Shown: piece after piece, positions 7,616 through 16,177 of the stretch
Layout: the number at the start of each line of letters is the position of its first letter
How positions within the stretch are numbered: the first letter of the stretch is position 1
Origin: Clostridia bacterium
GTDB taxonomy: Bacteria; Bacillota; Clostridia; Christensenellales; Aristaeellaceae
NCBI GenBank assembly: GCA_017437265.1
Contig: JAFSBN010000169.1
Span: 1-48,230, forward strand
DNA length: 48,230 nucleotides
Reading direction: 5' to 3'
Position numbers and translations under genes: made by a program
Notes under the pieces: model-generated
Told to the model about the DNA's origin: nothing
Seen by the model: only the letters and a program-made list of their open reading frames with translations
Database searches by the model: none

Positions 7616-10600
7616 ATGCGTAAACACCGCTCGCTTGTACTGGTATTGATGATGATCGTTCTTTGCGCCACCATCATTGTAGGCTCCACCATGGCCTACT
7701 ATACCGACGAAGTGCCCGCAGGTGAAAATCTGGTCACTTCCGGTGATCTGGAAGTGAAATTTGAATGGGCTGATAAACTGGGTGAAGGGTGGCAGGACGC
7801 CGCCTCAGCCGGTCCGATTTTCAATCAGACCCATTGGGAACCCAATTTCACCACGGTGAAATACATTCGGGTTTCCAACACGGGCGATATGCCTTTCCAG
7901 TATGAGTTGAACGTGGTGCCCACGCTGGTGCCGGAAAACGGCGTGAACCTGATGGACGTGATCGACGTCTATTTTGGCGTTGTAGACGAGAATACGCCTG
8001 CCATTACCGCTGCCAACTATGCCGATGAACTGCAGAAAGTGGGCAATCTGACAGCGCTTCTCAAAAATGAAAACGGTGCCGGCTATGGCATTGTGCTTCC
8101 CAAAGACGCCAAAGGCACGCTGCCTCAGGGCGCAATAGCCTATAATGAATCCGTCACCGTCTGTATTGCGCTCCATATGCAGCACACCGCCGGCAACGAA
8201 TATATGAACCGGTCCGTGGGTGAAGGCTTTAACGTGCAGCTGGCAGCCACTCAGTACACTTATGACGATGCTTTCGGAACGCTTTTCTCCGGCGGTGCGC
8301 AGCTGCCTGAAGTGGAATATGCCACCAGCAAAACCGTCTCCGTCACGCCCGATGAAAACGGCCTTGTGCCTTACGATATCGTATTCGAAAGCGATACCGG
8401 CGTCATTGCCGTCGTGCCCAAGGGTGCCAGGATGGAACAGGGTGCCAATCAGCTGATCCTGATCGTTTACCCCAAAGCCAAATCCGATGCCAATCTTACC
8501 CTTTCCGAAAATGAACAGGTGAAGGCCTGGGAAGTGGAAGTGGAAGGCCTGGCCGATGACAATACCGTGCCTGTCCGCTTCACCCTGCCCGAAGCCATGC
8601 AAAAGGGCCTGAACATCGGCAACTATTCCCTCTACCATGTGGAAAACGGCACTTCCGTTCCCATGACCCGTGTGGAAGAAATCACTGCCTCCTCTGCTCA
8701 CAACTCCTTCTCCTACAACCCCGCCACCGGTGACATGGGCCTTGCCCTGGCCACCTTCAGCGAAGTGGCGATTGTGTCTGATACCACCAAAGCCTGGGAA
8801 GGCAATTTCGATTATTCCTGGTACACCAACGCTGTGGTGCCGGTTGCTGAAGGTGAGGCTGATTATATCATCGCCAATGCCGACCAGCTGGCCGCCTTCG
8901 GCGCCATCGTAGGCGGTATGGACGGCCAGACCCAGGATTCCTTCTCCGGCAAAACCGTCAAGCTGATTGCCGATATCAATCTGGGCTATGATGAAGAAAA
9001 TAAAGATGAAGAAGGCAATAGTAAGAATATCATCTTCTATCCCATCGGCTACTACAACAGTGAGAAGTCTTACGAAAAGGTCAGCGGTGGTTCTGTTACC
9101 AGCAGTGTTTCTTCCTTCGAAGGCACCTTCGATGGCAACGGCCACACCGTCAAAAACTTCTACCAGAACACCTGGGAGATGTTCGGTGACTATAATGATG
9201 GCTATTCCGACACGCCCAACCACTACAAGGATGCCATGGGCCTGTTCGGCTATGTGGTGAACGGCACCATCAAGAACCTGACCGTGGACCATTTCTCCTC
9301 CGACGGTGAATTCACCCCCACCGGTGTGATCGCCGCCTATGCGGTGAACTCCACCTTCGAAAACATCGCCATCACCAACTGCAACCCCCGTGTCTACAAC
9401 ACCGGCAACGGCGGCATCGTGGGCATCGGCGGCAATTCCGACGATCCCGATACCTACAAGCTCACCTTCAACAATATCACCATCGATAACACCAACAAAA
9501 TCTCCGCCCTCTGGGGCAGCTGGGACGTTGCCTGCGGCGGTCTGGTGGGCATGTTCCGGGGTGCCGGCCATGTTTATATGACCAACTGCCATGTGGCCGC
9601 TCAGATGGACGTGAACAATGACGTTTGCGGCAACTATCAGTACTATTGGTACCGCTACTCCGGCATGATGGTGGGCACCAACAAGAACATGACCACCGAT
9701 GCCAACGGCTACACCGTTCCCGAAACAGAAAAATTCCACGCTGAAGGCTGCACCGTCCATTTCGGCGACTGGAACGATTATTACTACTGCGAACTGGTGG
9801 CCAATTCTCTGGCTTCTTACACCCACGATCATCAGTTCAGCCGTCTGACCGAAATCAGCAGCCTTGACGAAATCAAGTCCGGCGATACCTGGACGAAGGC
9901 GGGCAACTTCCTGCTCATCAGCGACGACACCAAGACCTGCTACCATATCGTAAATAAAGACGGCACTCTGACCCAGCACCTGCACACCGATGCCGGTAAA
10001 GAAACGGTTGCGGGCATGTCTGGCATATTGAAGGAAGACAAGCAAATCATCTACTTGCCTTTCAATCAGCTTTTTACAGGTTATGGCTGGGGCGTGAAGC
10101 ACATCCCTATTTACGATGATGGTACGCCGAATCCGTTTGTCGGGGTAACCATTCATGAGCGAAAGATTGCCAAGTCTGTTGAAAAATTTACCGCTAATGG
10201 CAATGTGCTGAAATTGAAGAAAGATACATCCTATACGTTGGACGTGTTGTTCTCTGCAATTGAAGAGGCAGAAGTGCCGATCAACGATTCATCTGTGACT
10301 GTTGGTATTACCAACCATTCTGAGGAAAATCCCGTAACCGCGACATTTGACGGCACGCCTACAAATTGGCAAGAAAAAACCATTACCTTTACCAGTAATG
10401 GAACAATTGATATTATCATTCAGGACTATCAGTTCTGTATTCCCACAAAATTGACTGTTGATATTGCTGATGCAGAAGAAATTAAAAAAATTGAAAAATT
10501 CGAAGTTGCATTTGATCATGATACAATAACAGATGGTAATCAAAATTATACCGAAAAATATATGTATCGTGTAGGTAATGCGAATCCCGTTTCGATGAGT

Positions 10601-13294
10601 TCACTGTTTGAAGCGAAGCTTGATGCAACAATCGGCACTGTAGAAGTGACAGTTGAAACGATTGATGGTAATGCTTCCGGCACTTACACCTCCAATGCCA
10701 CCGATTGGACGAAGGGCACCATCCAGTTCAGCGGCACCGGTGTGGTGAAGGTGACCATCACGGATAACGTTTACTGTATTCCCACCGAACTGACTCTGGA
10801 AGTGGTGGATGCTGTGAACGCCACCACCGCCGCCAGCGCAACCAAGAACAACGTGGTGCTGCTGAATGACTGTGGGTTCGGTTCGCTGGAGGTGTCCGGC
10901 GGCTATACGCTGTACGGCAACGGCTTCACCATGACCTGCGGCAGCGACTCGGCTGCGCTGGATATGGGTTATGCTTTTGTGACGCTGAACAATGGTATAC
11001 TGGACAATGTGCAGATTGATTGCCCCAACTTCGATTATGCAGTATTGTACAAGTCCAATATGACCGAAAGCGGTAACCGTAGCGAAACTACCGACAGAAC
11101 CCGTTACTTCAATGTGAAGAGCGGTGTGATGGTCTCCGGCAACAGCCAGATCCTGAACAGCCGCATTTCCGGCGGCCGTGCTGCTGTGAACGTGACCGGC
11201 GGCAATGTGGTGATCGATAATTCCCGCATTGAGCTGGGTGCTGTGGCCAGCCTTCTGGTGGGTAGCGCCAACAGCCTGACCCTGCGGGATGTGACCCTGG
11301 TGCAGAAGCCCACTGCTTCCACCTATGACAGCAACAAGACACTGATGGGTTTCAGTGTGCTGTTTGTCTGCGATGCAAACGGTGATGCGGCCCCTGTAAC
11401 CCTGGAAGGCACGCTGGTGCAGAATGCTTGGGTTGATGAAAACGATAAGCAGTATGTGCCCAGCGCCGGTCAGAGCATTATCAGCACGGTGCTTGGAAAG
11501 ACGGAATATCTCCATGACCTTGACGGTAACGGCACAAAGGAATCTCTGAACCTTGGCTTTGCCTACATGCCGGAATCCCTGACTTCCAAGGTGAATACCA
11601 CCACCATCACCGATAATCGTACCAACAAGGATACTGTTCCTTATGATTATGCGGAAGTGAGCATTCTCAATGGCAAAACCTATGTGTACTCCTACAAGAA
11701 CACCCATGGCACGGAAGATTCCTTCAAGACGGAAAGCGAATATAAGCCCAACAAGTATGGTGATATCATCACGGTAAACTATTCCGATACGGCGGATGGC
11801 CTGATCACCGGCAAATCCTTCGGTACGGATGGCTGGGTGTACGAGCTGAATGTGGATCTGGACAAGCTGAGCGGCTATGCGCTGGATTTCAGCAAGCTGA
11901 GCATGAGCGTCAATGGCGTGACGGTGACCGACTTCAAGGTGAATGGCAATGACAAGCCCACTTCCCCTGTAGCAGTAACGGCAGGCGGCACCACCTACAC
12001 CCTGACCGCTACCATTGACGATAAGGAATACACCGCCACCTATAAAGTGACCGGCACCGAAACCAGTAAGGAATCACCTTCCAAGATTTCGGGACCGACT
12101 GCAGAAGGCTTTGGTGTGGCCAAGAGTTATGGCGGTGACTGGAGCGGGGCAGCAGATGTGCTTACCGGTGTGAAGGTAAAGTATTGGAGTGTTGCGGAAA
12201 ACAAGTATGTTGAGTTTGATTTCTCCCAATTCACAGTACCTGGCAACGCTGGAAAGCTGAATGGAACGAATAACTATTGGGAGTATACACATACCAATAA
12301 TGACTTCACATTGAAGGTTACCAATACAGTGGCGATCCATTCCGGTAAATCCGTTTATGGTATGCCGATTCGCGGTACTGATGGAAAACTGTATTTTACA
12401 ATTTCCTCTACGAATGGTTATGTGGGCTCTGGTACTACAAGCCGAGCGATTACCATGCAGTATGAATTCACTGATAATAACGGCGGAGAAAAGCTCACAT
12501 TTACACACACATTTAACATTTCCTATAGTAAAAACGGGCAGTATAGCTATAGTGACTTGTCGGGGAGTGGCAAGCTGACGGAGTTGACAGACAACAGTGG
12601 TGGCGGTATCACAGAATGCGTCACCCCCGACACGCTGGTCACGCTGGCGGATGGAACGCAGGTGCGGGTGGATAGCCTGACGGGGGATGAAAAGCTGCTG
12701 GTGTGGAACATGGAAACCGGCAAGCTGGACGAAGCGGGCATCCTGTTTGTGGATCATGACCCCGAAGCGGAATTTGAAATTGTGCATCTGTACTTCTCCG
12801 ATGGCACGGATGTGAAGGTGATTTACGAGCATGGCTTCTGGGACTATGACCTGAACCGGTATGTGTATCTGGACAAGGATGGGGCAAAGTACATCGGCCA
12901 CAGCTTCTTCAAGCTGAACGGCAACGGCGGCGAAAAGGTGCAGCTGACGGATGTGGTGATTGAAAAAGAAATGACCACGGCCTGGAGCCCTGTGACGGAA
13001 AACCATCTGTGCTACTTTGTGAACGGTATGCTCTCTATGCCCGGCGGTGTGGGCGGATTGTTCAACATCTTTGATGTGGACGCCGATACCATGATGTATG
13101 ACATGGAAGCGCTGGCGAAGGATATTGAAACCTATGGCCTGTTCACCTATGAAGAACTGAACGCCATTGTGGAACTGCCGGAAGAAATGTTCAATGCGGC
13201 CGGCGGTGCTTACCTGAAGATTTCCATCGGCAAGGGGAACCTGTCCATGGATGAACTGATCTACATGATCAACCGCTACAAGCCCTTCTTCTGA
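7616..13294 (+). CDS. Giant (1,892 aa) secreted TasA/camelysin-fold fusion protein with adhesin-like modules and a C-terminal Hint domain
   Basis: ATG 7616 has GGAGGAGG upstream (the track ORF opens at GTG 7562). The N-terminus MRKHRSLVLVLMMIVLCATIIVGSTMAYYTDE is a SipW-cognate type signal. The TasA-like core ends GNEYMN..FNVQLAATQYTYDD. FEGTFDGNGHTVKN / GGLVG marks a GLUG-type region (~8790-9700). There are two tandem Ig-like modules (~10170-10820), beta-helix-like repeats (~10850-11300), and a Hint domain starting at Cys codon 12617. Confidence 0.85.
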   Translation: MRKHRSLVLVLMMIVLCATIIVGSTMAYYTDEVPAGENLVTSGDLEVKFEWADKLGEGWQDAASAGPIFNQTHWEPNFTTVKYIRVSNTGDMPFQYELNVVPTLVPENGVNLMDVIDVYFGVVDENTPAITAANYADELQKVGNLTALLKNENGAGYGIVLPKDAKGTLPQGAIAYNESVTVCIALHMQHTAGNEYMNRSVGEGFNVQLAATQYTYDDAFGTLFSGGAQLPEVEYATSKTVSVTPDENGLVPYDIVFESDTGVIAVVPKGARMEQGANQLILIVYPKAKSDANLTLSENEQVKAWEVEVEGLADDNTVPVRFTLPEAMQKGLNIGNYSLYHVENGTSVPMTRVEEITASSAHNSFSYNPATGDMGLALATFSEVAIVSDTTKAWEGNFDYSWYTNAVVPVAEGEADYIIANADQLAAFGAIVGGMDGQTQDSFSGKTVKLIADINLGYDEENKDEEGNSKNIIFYPIGYYNSEKSYEKVSGGSVTSSVSSFEGTFDGNGHTVKNFYQNTWEMFGDYNDGYSDTPNHYKDAMGLFGYVVNGTIKNLTVDHFSSDGEFTPTGVIAAYAVNSTFENIAITNCNPRVYNTGNGGIVGIGGNSDDPDTYKLTFNNITIDNTNKISALWGSWDVACGGLVGMFRGAGHVYMTNCHVAAQMDVNNDVCGNYQYYWYRYSGMMVGTNKNMTTDANGYTVPETEKFHAEGCTVHFGDWNDYYYCELVANSLASYTHDHQFSRLTEISSLDEIKSGDTWTKAGNFLLISDDTKTCYHIVNKDGTLTQHLHTDAGKETVAGMSGILKEDKQIIYLPFNQLFTGYGWGVKHIPIYDDGTPNPFVGVTIHERKIAKSVEKFTANGNVLKLKKDTSYTLDVLFSAIEEAEVPINDSSVTVGITNHSEENPVTATFDGTPTNWQEKTITFTSNGTIDIIIQDYQFCIPTKLTVDIADAEEIKKIEKFEVAFDHDTITDGNQNYTEKYMYRVGNANPVSMSSLFEAKLDATIGTVEVTVETIDGNASGTYTSNATDWTKGTIQFSGTGVVKVTITDNVYCIPTELTLEVVDAVNATTAASATKNNVVLLNDCGFGSLEVSGGYTLYGNGFTMTCGSDSAALDMGYAFVTLNNGILDNVQIDCPNFDYAVLYKSNMTESGNRSETTDRTRYFNVKSGVMVSGNSQILNSRISGGRAAVNVTGGNVVIDNSRIELGAVASLLVGSANSLTLRDVTLVQKPTASTYDSNKTLMGFSVLFVCDANGDAAPVTLEGTLVQNAWVDENDKQYVPSAGQSIISTVLGKTEYLHDLDGNGTKESLNLGFAYMPESLTSKVNTTTITDNRTNKDTVPYDYAEVSILNGKTYVYSYKNTHGTEDSFKTESEYKPNKYGDIITVNYSDTADGLITGKSFGTDGWVYELNVDLDKLSGYALDFSKLSMSVNGVTVTDFKVNGNDKPTSPVAVTAGGTTYTLTATIDDKEYTATYKVTGTETSKESPSKISGPTAEGFGVAKSYGGDWSGAADVLTGVKVKYWSVAENKYVEFDFSQFTVPGNAGKLNGTNNYWEYTHTNNDFTLKVTNTVAIHSGKSVYGMPIRGTDGKLYFTISSTNGYVGSGTTSRAITMQYEFTDNNGGEKLTFTHTFNISYSKNGQYSYSDLSGSGKLTELTDNSGGGITECVTPDTLVTLADGTQVRVDSLTGDEKLLVWNMETGKLDEAGILFVDHDPEAEFEIVHLYFSDGTDVKVIYEHGFWDYDLNRYVYLDKDGAKYIGHSFFKLNGNGGEKVQLTDVVIEKEMTTAWSPVTENHLCYFVNGMLSMPGGVGGLFNIFDVDADTMMYDMEALAKDIETYGLFTYEELNAIVELPEEMFNAAGGAYLKISIGKGNLSMDELIYMINRYKPFF

Positions 13295-13327
13295 GGGATT
13301 CAGAAAACAAAATAAGGAACGCCCTGC

Positions 13328-13370
13328 ATGGCTGGAAACGGCTGTGCAGGGCGTTTTGTTGTGGGTGTGA
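13328..13370 (+). terminator. Intrinsic terminator of the giant gene
   Basis: AACGCCCTGCA (13328-13338) pairs with TGCAGGGCGTT (13355-13365), followed by TTTTGTT. Confidence 0.7.
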
Positions 13371-13559
13371 ATAGGAGGGGGCAAGGGATGGGAAAGACGC
13401 TGTGATGCGGTTGTAAAGGGCAGAGAATGGGCTGGAGGGGAGGGACGTTTGGATGGTGAGGATAAGGCTGAAATAAAGGCTGTGAAGGGATTTTTGATGG
13501 GGAAGGAAGAGGGGACGAGAGCGAGAGAGGCGGCTTTGGGAAAGGCTAAAAAAGGGTAC

Positions 13560-13601
13560 AAAAAAAGCTGCCGTATGCTTTCGCACACGGCAGCATTTTT
13601 A
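13560..13601. terminator. Bidirectional intrinsic terminator (serves the minus-strand TasA-like gene)
   Basis: AAAAAAA-GCTGCCGT (13567-13574) ... ACGGCAGC (13587-13594)-ATTTTT. Confidence 0.7.
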
Positions 13602-13614
13602 TAAAAGGAAAGAA

Positions 13615-14877
13615 TTACTGGGCCATAACATCGAGGTTGTACTGCAAGGGGGTTTCCAGTGCGTACACCGTACGGGCAGCCACAACATAATGGCCGGTTT
13701 CGTCTTCGTTATTTTCATTGTTCATGGTGTCACCCTGCAGTTCGTAGAGGCGAAGTTCCACGGTCAGCTTCGTGCCTACGTTTTGTTCGTCAAGGTTGAA
13801 CACACCGCACATGAATTCGCCCACATCGCTGCAGATGGATTCATAGCTGAACTGGATACCGCGGCCGCTGACATCCTTCAGCAGACGGTATTCAACACCG
13901 GGAACAGCATCCTGGGGAATCAGGAAACCAAGAGAACCGTAGGAACCATAACCGCCTACCAAACCAGCAGACTCTGCTTTGATCTCCTTATCAACAGTGA
14001 TAACATAGTCAGCATGCCAATCGCCATAGGGGCCAGCAGCTGCTTCTTCAGCAGTTTCAGTAGCTTTGAACAAATAAGCTACGTCTGCCTTCAGATCCTT
14101 ACCAACGGGCTGGAAGCTGGCAAGGTTATAAAGAGTGAAGTCGGGATTGGTATTATCGACAATGATGTCAGCCTTGGGAAGGTCGTTGTCATAATCGGCT
14201 TCGCCATCATAGGTATGATCGAAGTCGTCGTTTTCCCAAGTGTACTGGGTGGCCAGCAGTTCGAGAACAAAGCCGTCGCCGCCGATGGACAGGTTCTGGT
14301 ATTCGTTGCCGGCAGATTCCTGCATCTTCAGAGCGATGATCATGCCCACTTCGCCACGAGGAGAAGTATCGTCTTCATTCACATCCGTGGAGCCCACGCC
14401 TTCAGCAGGCAGCAGCACACCGTGAGCAGCGCCATCGATGTCACCCATCAGATCGGCGATGGTGCCGACAGGGGCGGTAGAAGCGATGACGTCACGGTCG
14501 ACGGTGGTGCCGGCGGGGAAGGTGTATACATCAATTACTTTGGCCAGCTGATATTCGCCGGTGGAAGCAACATCTTCCTTCACGTTCAGCTGATATTTGA
14601 AAGCCAGGTCGCCCAGGTTGGCAATCTTTACGTCACGAACCTGAACATAGCCGGGTTCCCAATATTTATAGTCAAAGATGGCACCGGTAGAAGCATCTTT
14701 GTATTCATCGGAACCATGCTCGGCCCAGGTGAAGCCCAAATCCAGCGTACCGGACTTGATGATGTTGCCGGTGGATTCTTCGGAATCCGTGAACCAGGCG
14801 AAGGTGCCGCCGATGGCAGTGGCGAAAACGGCCACGATCAGCAGGGCAACCAGCAGGGTGCGGTTGTACTTTTTCAT
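13615..14877 (-). CDS. TasA/camelysin-family secreted protein (420 aa) with an extra ~200-aa C-terminal domain
   Basis: MKKYNRTLLVALLIVAVFATAIGGTFAWFTDSEE is a SipW-type signal. Also SGTLDL, YWEPGY, and AGNEYQN..FVLELLATQYTWEND. ATG 14877 has GGAAGGAA 8 nt upstream (the track ORF starts at 14898). Confidence 0.85.
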   Translation of the reverse strand: MKKYNRTLLVALLIVAVFATAIGGTFAWFTDSEESTGNIIKSGTLDLGFTWAEHGSDEYKDASTGAIFDYKYWEPGYVQVRDVKIANLGDLAFKYQLNVKEDVASTGEYQLAKVIDVYTFPAGTTVDRDVIASTAPVGTIADLMGDIDGAAHGVLLPAEGVGSTDVNEDDTSPRGEVGMIIALKMQESAGNEYQNLSIGGDGFVLELLATQYTWENDDFDHTYDGEADYDNDLPKADIIVDNTNPDFTLYNLASFQPVGKDLKADVAYLFKATETAEEAAAGPYGDWHADYVITVDKEIKAESAGLVGGYGSYGSLGFLIPQDAVPGVEYRLLKDVSGRGIQFSYESICSDVGEFMCGVFNLDEQNVGTKLTVELRLYELQGDTMNNENNEDETGHYVVAARTVYALETPLQYNLDVMAQ

Positions 14878-14922
14878 AGTGTCGTTCCTTCCTTTCATGT
14901 AGGCAGAAATTTACATATACAC

Positions 14923-14951
14923 ATTATATAGTAGAAAGCAAGGGATGTCAA
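14923..14951 (-). promoter_or_regulatory. Near-consensus sigma-A promoter for 13615..14877
   Basis: On the minus strand: TTGACA (14951-14946), 17-nt spacer, TATAAT (14928-14923). Confidence 0.55.
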
Positions 14952-15054
14952 CCAGTACTGATAGGTTTTGAATGGAAAATTTTAGGGAAATGGGGCGTTT
15001 TTATCTGCGATTGATTACATGAGGGGAAAGAACGGGAGACAGGGGGAACAGGGA

Positions 15055-15085
15055 AAGAAAAAAGCCCGGCAAAAGCCGGGCGGGA
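15055..15085 (-). terminator. Intrinsic terminator after 15107..16129
   Basis: Minus strand reads GCCCGGC-TTTT-GCCGGGC followed by TTTTTTCTTT. Confidence 0.65.
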
Positions 15086-15106
15086 AAACGGATGGTGTGA
15101 TGAGGG

Positions 15107-16129
15107 TCAGGGCTGATTTTCGGTGGTTTCGGGGGCGGTTTTGTCGATGCAGTGATCGAAAAGGATTTCACCGGTGGTGGGGTTTGTGGTGTAACCGGCA
15201 ATGAAGGTGACTTCCTGGAAGGAGCCGTGGCCGGTGAAGAAAAGGGCGTTGGGGAAGACGACGCCGTCGATTTCGATATCGTAGCCGGAGAGGGTGGCGT
15301 TGGTGATTTCCACATCGGTGTCCATGGCGAAGATGCGGATGCCGTTGGGCAGGGTTTCCGGCAGGGTATAGGTGCCTTTGTAGAGGCCGATGCGGGTGTT
15401 GTAATCGGATGCGGCGTTTGCAATGGCGGTGTCCAGCTCATCCTGGGTGGCGGCGAAAACGACCGTCTGCCAGGGGTGATGGTCTTTGCCGAAGGTTTCC
15501 AGCATGGCTTCGTTGGCATTTTCGAAAACGATGGCCTGGCTGGCTTCGGTGGCCACCAGAATGTTAAAGCTTTCGCTGGTGCCCAGCGGGATAAGCGTGG
15601 AACCGTCACGCCAGACATATTCTGTGCCGTCCTGGCTGACCTTGGGGGAAACCGTGTAGCCCATGAGAGAGGGAGTGGTGGTTTTGCCGGGGTTCAGGGG
15701 CGTGGTATAAGTGGCCACGTAGATGTCATACAATACGCCGTCAATGGATTGGCCTGGAATGGGAGCGTCGCTCCATACCCAGCCGTTGTTTTCGGCTTCG
15801 TTGACGCTCAGCTCAGCCAGAGACTTGCCTTCGCCGGCAGTGGGCACGGCAATGAAGGTGCGCACATAAGCCACGTTTTTGCCGATGTTCTCCACGGTGA
15901 CCACCTTATTGACCGATACACCGGGATAGATCATCTGGCCCTGGGTGTAGGGCGTGCAGGCAGCGGGATTGGCAGCGTCGTAGACGTCGTATTCGTGCTG
16001 CAGGATGCTCAGTTCGCCGGAAGCCGCCTGGCCATAGCCTTCCACGGTATCGGTGAAGTAGGCGATGGTGCCGGAAACGGCCGCCAGCAGCGTGATAACC
16101 ACTGCGCAAATCAGCAAAGCTTTTTTCAT
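15107..16129 (-). CDS. TasA/camelysin-family secreted protein (340 aa) with an extra C-terminal domain
   Basis: MKKALLICAVVITLLAAVSGTIAYFTDTVEG is a SipW-type signal. TasA-like core ends NILVATEASQA. GAGGAAG RBS. Confidence 0.85.
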   Translation of the reverse strand: MKKALLICAVVITLLAAVSGTIAYFTDTVEGYGQAASGELSILQHEYDVYDAANPAACTPYTQGQMIYPGVSVNKVVTVENIGKNVAYVRTFIAVPTAGEGKSLAELSVNEAENNGWVWSDAPIPGQSIDGVLYDIYVATYTTPLNPGKTTTPSLMGYTVSPKVSQDGTEYVWRDGSTLIPLGTSESFNILVATEASQAIVFENANEAMLETFGKDHHPWQTVVFAATQDELDTAIANAASDYNTRIGLYKGTYTLPETLPNGIRIFAMDTDVEITNATLSGYDIEIDGVVFPNALFFTGHGSFQEVTFIAGYTTNPTTGEILFDHCIDKTAPETTENQP

Positions 16130-16177
16130 CTGCGTTTCTTCCTCTCAGTTATTCGGATGGCGCAAGAAGGGGTTTAC

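Noticed and set aside
13051-13294. The post-Hint C-terminal tail as a polymorphic-toxin domain.
   Set aside because: The tail is only ~80 aa, acidic and helical, with no nuclease, deaminase or pore motif. The gene is followed directly by a terminator, and there is no downstream immunity-like ORF on the same strand.
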